Positions 12,794 to 23,910 of a DNA stretch of 64,000 bases are shown here, in pieces. Each line of letters opens with the position of its first letter. Positions within the stretch are counted from its first letter, which is position 1. The notes beneath the pieces are model-generated. The model saw only the letters and a program-made list of their open reading frames with translations. It did no database searches and had not been told where the DNA came from. Source of the DNA: Octopus sinensis (taxonomy: Eukaryota); the NCBI RefSeq assembly GCF_006345805.1, contig NC_043000.1, positions 36,828,001 to 36,892,000 on the forward strand. Direction: 5' to 3'. The position numbers and the translations under genes were made by a program.

Positions 12794-13280
12794 TGTGTGT
12801 TTCCACAGATAAGAAAGTCCTTGAAAATTAGAATTTCGATACATCTTTAACAAAATGTGGACTTCAAAACTTTTCAACTGTACGATTGATTTTTAATAGC
12901 GAGCGATTTTGAAAAACTTAACTGCTAGGGTAGGGGAAATTTGAAATCGCTTCACCGAAATAATTTTTTTAAAAATAAAGGGTATTTTTTATGGCTGTAT
13001 ACCATCGAATATATCCACAGGACACCTGGTGTTTCTAGCATCATAAACGATCACGTAGAAGATGGACTAACTTGCTGTTTGTTTTAAAAAGCCATATTAA
13101 GACTGCGATAAAATAGAGAAAAAATACATTTACTGGGCGAGTGAGTACTTTTAGACGAATAAAAGATTCGAAGGTAAATTAGATGTAATTATCAGAAGAA
13201 TTTAACAAATGTGGAATCAAATATGTAAATATCATCTAGTGACTAACGGAAAACCGCCAAGCAGGCGGTCTTTCTGCTAG
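12707..13280 (+). mobile_element. Non-autonomous Helitron with internal (GT)n
   Basis: A|TCTATAC start, (GT)n near the 5' end, 3' hairpin ACCGCC-AAGCA-GGCGGT and terminal CTAG. Confidence 0.7.
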
Positions 13281-13399
13281 GATATACAATAAAGAAACCC
13301 GTTTACTAATTAGTTTGGAATATGTAACTTTTACTGAAAAAAACCAAAAAACAAATCATTATTAAAATCTAGACTGTCTGAAAACTATGTGTGTGTGTG

Positions 13400-13449
<50 letters not shown>

Positions 13450-13799
13450 CCATCATAATGCGCATTTGAAGATGTTATTATTGAATATTTCTTTCAAGTA
13501 CACATCTCAAACTCAAATTTTATTCAATGCAACCTTTTAATTCACTGCGGGGTAGCCTCTTGTTAACGTCTGTTTATACTTTTGGAAATATAACGGTTAC
13601 CCAAATATTTGCAACGCTTCTTTCCCCAAATAAGTTTAATCTAACGTCAGCCAAGTTATGTTGATTCCAGTATCTTTTCGTATTTGTTGGGTTTTTTTTT
13701 TTTGAGGAGTTAAAAGCTGAAGAAGAAAAGTGGTTTTCATTTACGTCAATTAGGCGTAACTAGACGAGTGTATCCCCACCCACACTCGATTTTTTTTAT

Positions 13800-14335
13800 A
13801 ACTTTCAAAAAATGAGTATTTTTAATGAATGTCTCAACAAATAACTTTCAGATGGCGTAGATAACGATTATAACGGAATTTAATGTAGGAAAAATAAAAG
13901 GTGGGGCTGATATTTTATGCATCTTGACCTTGTTTTCCTTATTCATTTCATTACAAATGTTGAAGAAAATTACTTTTGACAACTATTCCACCATTTCCCG
14001 AAAATTCTCTGAGATAAATCTTTGTAGACAGGGGAATACAATGTTAGCATTAATTATTGAATACATATTTCTCTTACTATTTCATTGCAAATTTTAATCT
14101 CTCTTCGTGATCTTTACGCATGCTAGAAATAGCAAGAATCACATTGGTTTGAAATTTTATTCTTTCAACTTTATTGTCGTTAAATCATCAAAGGAATGAG
14201 GTAAAGAAAGTCGAGATGCGTGAAATATCTTTCCCCACCCCCATTTTTCTACCTTAAATTCCTATGATTATAATTTGAACTACCCGAAACTTATTTGTAG
14301 AAAATTTCATTAAAAAAAAATGTACATTTTTCGGA
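13800..14335. repeat. Inverted pair of ~100-bp repeat segments
   Basis: GGAATTTAATGTAGGAAAAATAAAAGGTGGGG (about 13876-13907) versus CCCCACCCCCATTTTTCTACCTTAAATTCC (about 14232-14262), with weaker similarity extending outward. Confidence 0.5.
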
Positions 14336-14534
14336 AAGCTGCGTGGAAACAGAATTAAATCGTGTGGATTATCCGAAACGCTTCTCGCAAGATTTTCAGC
14401 AAAAATTCCAGTATGATCGTAATTTACGCCATTTAAAACATATTTTACGAAACTTTCACTGATAAAATATCCCTTTTTCAGAACGTTATGTGGAAACAAA
14501 TTCGGCGGGGCATAATTCTGTAGTTATGCCCTAA

Positions 14535-14686
14535 ATTTGCTGAGCGAATAAGTTCTATTAACCAAATGAAGGATTCAAAGATAAAGTAGACGTAACATAT
14601 CAAAAATTACACAAATGAGGAACTGAATGTATAAATATCGTTTGGTAACCAGAGCAAAACCACCCGGAGGGCAGTCTTGCTACTAG
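14535..14686 (+). mobile_element. 3' end of a second copy of the 12707-13280 Helitron family
   Basis: TTTGCTGAGCGAATAAG...GATTCAAAGATAAAGTAGACGTAA...AAAACCACCCGGAGGGCAGTCTTGCTACTAG|T aligns with 13130-13280. Confidence 0.7.
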
Positions 14687-14692
14687 TATTTC

Positions 14693-14923
14693 GAGGTGGC
14701 AGAACCGTTAGTGCACTGAGCAAAATGCTTAGCGGCCTTTCGCCCGTCTTTACGTTCCGAGTTCAAATCCCACCGAGGTCGACTTTGCCTTTCATCATTT
14801 CGGGAACGATAAATTGAGTACCAGCTGAGTGCTGTGGTCGATGAAATCGACTAGCCCCCCTCCTCAAAATTTCAAACCGTATGCCTACAGTAGAAAGGAT
14901 CATCATTATTATTATTATTATTA
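14693..14923 (+). mobile_element. SINE family A with (ATT)n tail
   Basis: GGTGGCAGAACCGTTAG head, GAGTTCAAATCCC B-box, central GTCGACTTTGCCTTTCATC...GATAAATTGAGTACCAG (Meta/MESC-like domain by recollection, unverified), ATT tail. Confidence 0.85.
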
Positions 14924-15477
14924 TGTGAGAAAGCAATGCATGCCTTCAAAGTAATCCTGGGGTACAAATAGACGAAGCCCAATATACCCATCATGACTAC
15001 CCGTTTGATAAGGGTACACCAGGCTCATGCATCACAATCATATATGCGTGACATAGTGATCCCATATCCAGATAAATAGCGCAAGGCCATGCTGGTAGGG
15101 TTCAGTTAGAATTGTCTTCAGGTCGAGTAACCCATCCCTTTCAAAAGGTCCTTGAATAAGGGTTGTTTAAGGATGATGAACGAAACACCCATGTTTCCAG
15201 AGGTGAATTCTTCAAACCTCAAAGAATTCCTCTCAACACATGGTTATGATACTCCCCCACTACTTCTGCTCGTGATCAGAGATGCACATATCGTCAGCCA
15301 CTAAGAGACATGCTCCAATGGATAAGATCAAACAACTGACAAGCAAATCTGTGGTATTGAGCAGAATATTTGCTGTAGCCCATCTTTTATACCAAGACAA
15401 AATATGGACGTGATAACACTTCCAATCAGTTAAGATCAGAAGCCATGAGCGTCACTATCTGGTATTGCATCAAGGCA
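14924..15477. mobile_element. Unclassified ~553-bp non-coding element bounded on both sides by (ATT)n
   Basis: Higher-complexity sequence with no ORF of 60 aa or more, flanked by ATT tracts at about 14905-14923 and 15477-15493. TATAAAAG occurs on the minus strand. Confidence 0.5.
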
Positions 15478-15493
15478 TTATTATTATTATTAT

Positions 15494-15800
15494 ATGAAAA
15501 CACACAGCTTATTTTGCTGGGTATGATGGAAAGTATCAGCTGTTCACAGCCAGCAAACTAAGGTGACACTTGTTTACTGGTCATGCTTCAAAAACCCTAC
15601 AAAGAATTCTTGAAGTTCCAAGCAATGCTGATTTTTGTAGGTGTTCTACCTTCACACTTGCACCAATCTTTTTGAGCCATGTTGGTAGCTGAGTGCTGAT
15701 ACTTCCAAGTACACCAATTACTATTGGTATCACGTCTACTCTCCTCATTGACCACAACCTCTGTATTTCCCACTTCAAATCGTCACAGTTGTTTATTTAT
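15494..15800 (-). mobile_element. R4/Dong-clade non-LTR retrotransposon 3' end (restriction-like endonuclease C-terminus, 3' UTR, TAA tail)
   Basis: ORF 15581-15778 KWEIQRLW...VDVIPIVIGVLG...LQKSALLGTSRIL matches the R4/Dong C-terminal motifs VIPIVIGALG and LQKxALLGTxRILR. It ends in (TAA)n. Confidence 0.85.
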
Positions 15801-16159
15801 ATATTTTTGAAAGAACATGCATGATAATCGACATAGCACGCCCCGGTGACAACAGGATCAATGTGAAAGAAAGAGAAAAAAATTATTATTATTACCGTTA
15901 GCCGGAGAAGTCATTTAGCAGTATTTCGTCCGTTTTACGTTCCGAGTCGCCGAACTCGACATTGCCTTTCGATGAATTCAATACCAGTCAAATACTAGGG
16001 TCAATGTAATCAATTGTCTCCCACCCACACACCCACAAATTCCAGGCTTTGTGCCTATAGCAGAAATGATGATTATAATTAGAGATCATTATTATGAATA
16101 ATTAACTCAACATCATTATTGTTGTTACTATTCTTATTGTAAGTATAAATGAAATATAT

Positions 16160-16556
16160 CTTTAGTCTTGTACTTATTTCAGCCATTGGACTGCGACCAT
16201 ACTGCAGCACCACCTTCAAACATTCGGTTGGACAAATTGCCTAATTTTTCAGTCAAAATAGGTCATGGAAATCGAATTTTTAAGTTTTGTACTTGTTCTA
16301 CTATGGTATTTTATTGAACTGCTTGATTATGAGGATGAAAACAAACCGACGCCGTCTGCCAGGTGCTGGTGGGGGAGACACACACACACACCATATACAT
16401 ACACAGTTTCCCTATTTACCATCTTCACTCACAAGGCTTTGCTTCGCCAGGTTCTAGAGAGTAAAAGACACTTACCCAAGATGGGCCGTGTAGTGGGATG
16501 GAACCCGAAACAACGTGGTTGGCAAGAAAGTTCCCATATCACACAGTCGAGCCTGC
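16160..16556 (-). mobile_element. SINE family B, diverged
   Basis: Tail TACTTATTTCAGCCATTGGACTGCGACCATACTG and head-proximal CACTTACCCAAGATG...GTGGGATGGAACCCGAAAC are homologous to other family B copies. Confidence 0.75.
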
Positions 16557-16719
16557 AACTTAATTATGATTATTTATAAAACAAACGTTCATTATATCAG
16601 TATTGAGAAATCTCTATAAGAATAACTTGCAAACAGGCGTGTATACACAAGTGTTTGCGAGTGTATAATTGAATAAATGTATGCCTGTGTGCACACCTTA
16701 GCATTATTAGGCACGTATA

Positions 16720-18350
16720 AGGCGGCGAGCTGGCTGAATCGTTAGCACGCTGGGCGAAATGTTTAGCGGTATTTCGGTCGCTGCAACTCTCTGAGTTCAA
16801 ATTCCGCCGAAGTTAACTTTGCCTTTCATCCTTTTGGGGTCGATTAAATAAGTACAGTTACGCACTGGGGTCGATATAATCGACTTAATCCGTTTGTCTG
16901 TCCTTGTTTGTCCCCTTGTGGGTAGTAAAGAAAAAGGTATTTCGGCCGCCGCTATGTTCTGAGTTCAAATTCCGCCGAAGTCGAATTTGTCTTTCATCCT
17001 TTCGAGGTTGATAAATTAAGTACTAGTTGCGTGCTGAGGTCGATCTAATCGACCGGTGCCCTCTTCCAAAATTTCAGGCCTTGTGCCTATAACAGTATGG
17101 ATTATTAGGCACGTATAGTACAAAGTATGGGAACACATAAGTTCTTATATCGCCTTTTGTTTGGTTTCCAGCTCTATTTTCTTTCCATATACAAGAATTT
17201 CAACGGAATACTTATGAATGGTTGGATTTTTCTACTTTCTAGTTTTAAAACAGAATATATTTTTGTAGCGTGCCACTTATCACAAACGATTATGATTGAT
17301 GTTAACAGAAAAACCTTTTGGAGGTGGTGATCTGGCAGAATCGTTAGTACGCTGGACGAAATATTAAGCGGTATTTCGCCCGTCGCTACGTTCTGAGTTT
17401 GAATTCTGCCGAGGTCGACTTTGCCTTTCATCCTTTCGGGTTCGATTAAATAGGTACCAGTTGAACATAATGTAATCGATTTATCCCTCCCCCAAAACTG
17501 TTGCCTTTGTGGCAAAATTTGAAACCATTATTATTATTATCATTATCATCATCATCATTGGCGTGTTGGCTGGACGAAATGCTTAGTGGTAACTATTTCC
17601 TAATAGTTAGCTTGAAAATTAAACAGAAGAGACTGAGTTTAGTTGGACAAGCTCACTGTCATTCAGAGATGAGACTGCCCTCAGTCCTTCTCTGGGAGTC
17701 CCTACACGGACACACGAGAAGAGGGAAACTGAGGATGACATATGTTGATGCCGTACAGACAGATACAGGACATGGCAGCGATGATGAGGAACAAAGACCG
17801 CTAGAGAGAACTCGTCCATGAATCTCAGGAAATTTTCCCGCAAAACATAGATAGATAGAGGCGGCGAGGTGGCGGAATCGTTAGAACGCCAAGCAAAATG
17901 CTTCGCGGCATTTTGTCTGTCTTTACATTCTGAGTTCAAATTCCACCGGGGTCGACTTTACCTTTCATCCTTTTCGGGTCGATAAATTAAGTACCAGTGA
18001 AACACTAGGGTCGATGTAATCGATTAGTCCCCTCCCCACAAATAGAAAGTCTTATTATTATTGCTATTAGAGTGGTGAGGTGGCAGAACCGTTAGTACGC
18101 CGTGCGAAATGCTTAGCGGCATTTTATCCGTCTTTATATTCTGAGTTCAAGTTCCGCGAACGTCGACTTTGCCGTTCATCCTTTCTTGGTCGATAAAATA
18201 TGTACCAGTTGCCCGCTGGTGTCGATGTAACGGACTTCTCTCCTAAAATTTCAAACGTCATTATTATTATTATTAATATAAAGTCTTTAAAAGGTGGCGT
18301 AGTGGTAGAATCGTCAGTGCGTCGGACAAAATGCTTAGTAGCACTTCTGT
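16720..18350 (+). mobile_element. Cluster of co-oriented SINE family A copies (about 16720, 16936, 17320, 17560 partial, 17858, 18068, 18291 partial)
   Basis: Repeated GGCGGCGAGCTGGCAGAATCGTTAG...CTGAGTTCAAATTCCGCCGAGGTCGACTTTGCCTTTCATCC units, mostly ending in short ATT tails. Confidence 0.9.
17605..17825 (+). mobile_element. RTE-clade LINE 3' fragment
   Basis: KIKQKRLSLVGQAHCH...VLLWESLHGHTRRGKLRMTYVD matches the RTE C-terminus pattern RRLxLxGH...LLWEPxHGxRxRGRPxxTYVD. Confidence 0.8.
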
Positions 18351-18369
18351 CTCTTTCCTAGTGGCTCAC

Positions 18370-18690
18370 AGCAAAATGTCCAGCTGTTACACTTATAAAG
18401 AATAAAGACGGATGCCTTCAGATAGTTGCAAAGCCAGCAGCCATACGCGGTTCTTGAGAATGGTGTTCCAACAGCAGATACCTTGACAAAGATAGGAGAC
18501 AAATTGATCCTCACAATACAATTGGCTGACCGCCGGATCTCTTCTGCGCAAGGTTACTTTCGTAAACAGTAGGGCAAAGTGCCACTGGAAAGCTAAACAC
18601 ATCTTCCAAAGGCTGTCTTCGCTATTTTTAACATCGATGCCACTGGTGAGGTTGGTGGATGCTGCCTTTACTGGCGATCGCACCCTCTTC
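18370..18690 (-). mobile_element. Possible highly decayed RTE-like LINE fragment
   Basis: ORF ...KAASTNL...FTKV...LCQGICCWNTILKNRVW loosely fits the RTE KAxxAF...TK...CLRxIxxIxWxxxxxN pattern. The match is weak. Confidence 0.3.
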
Positions 18691-19002
18691 TTTCACGGAA
18701 GTGAATCAACATACTGTCTCCTGTTTTGATTCCTGGTGATTTTCCTCTCTCTTTATTCTTTTTCTCTTTCGTAAAAACAAGTGATGCCATGTTAAATTAA
18801 AATTGATTTAAAATGGAAATATCGAAAAATTGAAAAGGTGTCTTCCCCATAGGAGCTGAAAGAATTAAAAGTCGACCGCCCCGCTCCACCGACTTACTCT
18901 AATGCAATACGGAATACATAAACGGAAAATTAAATGGTTTAAAGAGGAAAAGTCGACAACAAATGTAACTATTCCACAGAGCTTTACGAAATGGTGACTT
19001 AC

Positions 19003-19049
19003 CAAACAACAACAACGACATATTTCATGTTGGCGATATTTTTAGCCAT
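19003..19049 (-). CDS. Candidate first coding exon (MAKNIANMKYVVVVV-), unverified
   Basis: AATATGG start context, open frame and a consensus donor TG|GTAAGT at 19002 (phase 2), in non-repetitive sequence. No homology recognised. Confidence 0.25.
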
Positions 19050-20570
19050 ATTTCATTATTTTATTGTATATTTTAGCATCTCTTTGTTCGCTGCTCGCAA
19101 TTCTGGTGACCTTTACGTATAAACCCCCCAAAGGATTGTCATCGTCAATCAATAATTGATTGTGGTAAGAGTTTTCACACTTTTATTTATGATGTAGTGG
19201 CCTTATCTAAAAGAAAACAATGGTTGTTACTCGTATTACATGTGAGAAAGTCGTAACCTGTATAATTTACGACCGAACAAAGAGCAAAATTAACTTGCAG
19301 CAGTTTCCTTCATGGCCATCACAGTAACAATAGACTGAACTGCTAGAAATAGCAATCAAATCTGCCTTCAATTACTCCTTGTGTTAATAACAAAAGGATA
19401 CATTAAGCGAGTGTTATATGAAGTGCGGAAAGGTTCAAATGTGGAATGGTGTTGATTGTAGCTGTGCCGGATCAGAGTTGGCTTCGAGCCATACAACAAA
19501 GCAGTAGTAATTGCACAAAGTTTCACTGATGAAACAACATGTTGCTATAGCAACAATTAACCATAACGAATTATGGCGAAAGTACAAGGTGGCAAGTGTT
19601 GAAGAGCTGTGTGGGTGGTAGTCGATTAAGTCGACCTGATTTGACTGGCATTCATTTTATTCCCACCAAAAGTATACTAAACTAAATAATCTCTTACGGG
19701 ATTTGAAATCAGAACTTGAAATATCAATTTAAATGCGTCATGCGTATTGTGATAACTTGCAACACTCTAGTGATTTCTGACATTGGCAAAAGGGTAAGAG
19801 TTTTCTGTAGGGTACACGCGATCTCATGGAATAGTGTATGACTGGTGCCTTATTCAAGATATCCCTGAACGATGATAAAAAGTTGACCATGGTATGAATT
19901 GAACCAACAGAGGTTTATAATAAAATAGTACGAGTTGTACCCTACTGACTGCTAATTCTAAATACCAACAGATCAACTTTGCCTTTTTCCTTTCGGTGTT
20001 AATCACTTGAGTACTGGGGGGAGGGGTAGCCTGTCCCACAAGATGTCAGACCTTGTGCCTATCGTAAAAAGAATTATCATTATTTAAGGCGGCGCGTTGG
20101 TAGAATCGTTAGCACGTCGAGCGAAAGACTTGGCGTCTGGAAACTATGAAATCCCGTAGTTTTCACCAGTCTCGCGGCTTCACACTCCTACCTGATGTTC
20201 GAGTCTATTCTGTTACAAGCATTGAAGCCAGGTCTTCAGTATGGGGATAAGCTTTAGCTGTCATCCTAGCAGTCAGGGGTCACTTAAGAGTGCCAATAGA
20301 CAATGGCCTTTCTGCTCGAAGCCATAAAAAGATCAAGGTTTACCTTGCTGTGGCTATTAGATACGAGAAAACATAGATACGAGAAACCATTCCATCTCAG
20401 GTGAAGTTTTTAAAAAGGAGTAGAGGGATACAGCCTTTCATCCGGTATAGAATGTGGAGGTCATGAAAATCTACGGCATTTGCACTGTTTAGGCGCATTT
20501 GAAAAATATTCTACGTCTCTCTCCAACAAGAAGACAAACGGCCGAAAGAGGAGAGAATTATTCCTATGCT

Positions 20571-20950
20571 TAGATGTAAGCCTGGCTGCTTGGTAGGAAG
20601 CTTGCTTCCCAACCAAGCGGTTCCGGTTTCAATCCCACTACAGTGGAAATTTGGGTAAATGTCTTCTAGTATAGCTTCGGGCTGACCAAAGCCTTCTGAG
20701 GAGACTTGGCAGATGGAAACTGAAAGAAGCCCGTCGTGAGTATATATATGTGTGCGTCCGTGTGTATATCCGCGACCACCACTTGACAACTGGTGTTAGT
20801 GGGGTTACGGCCCGTAACTTAGTAGTTCGACAAAAGACACTGATAGAATAAGTACCTGATTTTAAAAAATTCATGAGGTCAACTTGTTTAACTAAAATTC
20901 CTCAAGGCGGTGACCCAACATGGCCACAATCTAACGACAAACAAATAAGG
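20571..20950 (+). mobile_element. SINE family B
   Basis: TGGCTGCTTGGTAGGAAGCTTGCTTCCC...GTTTCAATCCCAC...GGAAACTGAAAGAAGCCCGTCG...CCCAACATGGCCACAATC. Confidence 0.85.
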
Positions 20951-21551
20951 GGATTTAAGTAGGATACAAAAATCTGACTACCGGTGTATTGATCTCATTA
21001 AGCAGTGACCGTCCAGCAGAAACGTACAGCACCTCCACCCGTCAGTATTTATTTAATTAGAGAGAGAGAGAGAGATACCAGGTGATGAAGGACTCCAAGT
21101 TAGCCGTATTCTGAGACAGTGTCGACTTGATTTTTGAATAGAAGAATTTAGATAAACGTAGGAATGCTGGGCTATATTTGGAAAAAAGTTGGGTGGGAAC
21201 ACACGTATAACCATACACAATCTTCTCTATTCTTCTCTTTATTTACTCTCTGTCTCTGTCTGTCTATCTCTCTCTCTTTCACACACACACACTTTTTCAA
21301 CGTTTTAAACCAATTTTCACTATGAATGACTTCTGAAAAGGAAATGACAATGCTATCTCCAAAGCATCTTTATGCTCCAGAATATTCCATAAATGCTATT
21401 TTGTCCTTACTATCAATAAACACTTAACATCAATACCAAAGTGTTCCTAAACGGAAACAAAATTACTGACTAATACCACAACTGGAAGTAAATAAATAAA
21501 CAAAAAGCAGACGATCTTGCCTAAATAAACGTTTGACAATTTTAAGATTAC

Positions 21552-21583
21552 CTTCTGCTTTCTTCCACACAAACCGGCGCCAT
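21552..21583 (-). CDS. Candidate first coding exon (MAPVCVEESR-), unverified
   Basis: AACATGGCG (good start context, YY1-like motif), 10 codons plus AG, then donor AG|GTAATC (phase 2). The upstream sequence is A-rich and UTR-like. No homology recognised. Confidence 0.3.
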
Positions 21584-21844
21584 GTTATATTTTTAAGCTC
21601 CAACAATATCGAGTTGCATGGTTTAGGCTGATTTCAACGATTTCTTTCTTTCTTTTCTTTCTTCATATATTTATTCATTTATTTAATCATTTGCTTATTT
21701 TTTTCTTTTTAAATTTTCTATATTTTCTTCCCATTTTCTTCAACTCTAATAATAAAACCAGACGAACAGTTCAGAATTCTGTTTTGTCTTCTTCAATGGT
21801 TGTACGTGTATTTAAGTAGAAACACACGCATCTATACAAATATA

Positions 21845-21924
21845 TTCATACACGTATATATGCATTCATATATATATATATATATATATGTAAAACATAT
21901 ATATATATATACATGTTTACACAC

Positions 21925-21969
<45 letters not shown>

Positions 21970-22156
21970 AATACACACATGTACATATGTAAAGATATAC
22001 GCAGACGTATGTATCTGTGTGTATGCATGTGTTTATATATGTGTGTATGCGTTTGTATAGGTATGTGCATTTGTCTATATGTGTGCATATGTATATGTGT
22101 GTGTGTTTGTATATATATGTATGTATATAAATATGTATATATATGTATATAAATAT

Positions 22157-22188
<32 letters not shown>

Positions 22189-22200
22189 GTATACACACAC
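21845..22200. repeat. Compound (TA)n/(CA)n/(TG)n microsatellite
   Basis: Direct inspection. It generates several spurious Y/I/H/T-rich ORFs. Confidence 0.95.
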
Positions 22201-22919
22201 AAACACGCTGATAGTGCTGTACAGAAGCCTTACTATATACTACGCATGCACATCAGAAATCTATATTGTGGACTGTGCTTCGGTGTTGATGTAGGGCGTG
22301 GGACTATCTTATTTAAATTATTGATTTCAGTGAATCTAAAGCACAAGAAAACCAAACAAACACAAAAATACACTCCATAAATAAAAACTAAGAATCATTA
22401 AAGAAAGCTATGTATTATGTCGACACTTAATGAAAATTACTGGAAATATATTAGAGCGTCTGTTTCGTTGTAATCATTTCATGTTTTCTTGGCAGTTTTA
22501 ATGTCTGGATAGAGAAAGTTGCAGGCCACTCAGCTAAAATATCCCAATTTAATTGTAATCACCCACTTCTAATTATAAATGGTCGATAGGCCTACGAGAA
22601 ATACCAGCTAAATTGCCATCAAATCTCAGCATGTTGCTTTCAAAAGTTGAAGTGTACGTTGTGTGTTGTATCCCTAATAATGGTTACGTCTAAAATGGAC
22701 TTGGTTGCCGTTGGGATGCCTCTCGATGTAAATCTGTTCATTAAGGATTGACCAGGAGCTATACAGTATCATGAACAACATCTAAACGTCTGAAGTTGGT
22801 TCAGTTTATGAACACGACGATTTTAAGCTCCAATCTGGAGGCAGTGAATTTGTCCCGAAGCCCTGCATGCTGTTCAAATGCTCTTAAGAGATATTCAGCC
22901 TTTCATCCTTTCGCACTTG

Positions 22920-23910
22920 ATAAAAACGTCGCTCTCCAGAACGATGTACTTGCGGAAGTTTAAGAGGGTCGGGATGATACCTTGTGGTGTTTGTTGCAAC
23001 TGCGACTTCTGACAGTAATCCCTGCGATCACACTGTATCAAATGGTACCAGCTCAAGTTAGCGACCTTTCCTCGCAGATAAATTTCACTGGACGAGAGAG
23101 TGGGGAACGGGAATGCGTCACCAGGCCTCCTCAAAATATCGTGCTCTTATCTACGCAGAATTATTCAAATGTAGAGCCAAGCTTGATCGAGTGGGTGGAG
23201 GCTCTAATTCAAATGTCTATGTTGAATAGAGAAATCTAATCAAACTAATTTGGAACTTGCAAATTCTGTCTTTTTACGCTTATTTCCTCTCCGGCCCTTA
23301 TTGCTCGGTGGAGCCTTTAAGGCTGGACAACTCTTGACGATTAAGCTGCCTACAATCCTGAATCACACTATCAACTGCTCTTAATATTTTGCTTCGAAGA
23401 CAAAATTGATGCAATTAAAATTTTGACCATCTTTGGAACATTTCTGGAATGGAAGGATTCTATTAGTTGGCGAGATTGATGAGTCGAATAGTTCTACCAT
23501 TGCTTCAAGACATGAGCTAAACCAGTCTATTTGGTGCTAAGGGGAACTGGAACTATTCGACCGAAATATATGATATTTGTGCAAGAAAACTGGGTGAGAA
23601 ACCGGTGTACGGTTGGCTGCCTGGAGCCCGTTCACTTCTTCCATTCTATTCCTTCTCTACGGAAAGAAGAGAAAAAAAAATACAAAAGCGAAACCAGATC
23701 ACCGTGATGTCGATATAAAGAAGCTGGTCGAAGGTTTCGCTCTGTACTCTGAGGAATCTGGTAAAGATATTCCAAGTGTCCGGTTTATTTGTTTCAAGCA
23801 GGAGAGGGAAAGGTGCGAGAAATTAGTAATTTACTGCATCAACAACACGAAACTCCATTACGAAAGCACGGATTTCCGAGAGATTATTAGATATCCTCCC
23901 CAACAAAGTG
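22920..23910 (+). other. High-complexity decayed sequence, probably a retroelement relic; family not identified
   Basis: Raised GC and short broken ORFs (22982-23239, 23613-23942) with no motif I can name confidently. Confidence 0.25.

Noticed and set aside
21800-22294. Multiple overlapping ORFs rich in Y/I/H/T/C/V (also at 28926-29280, 41407-43287, 47490-47910)
   Set aside because: These are translations of TA/CA/TC microsatellites that lack stop codons by composition.
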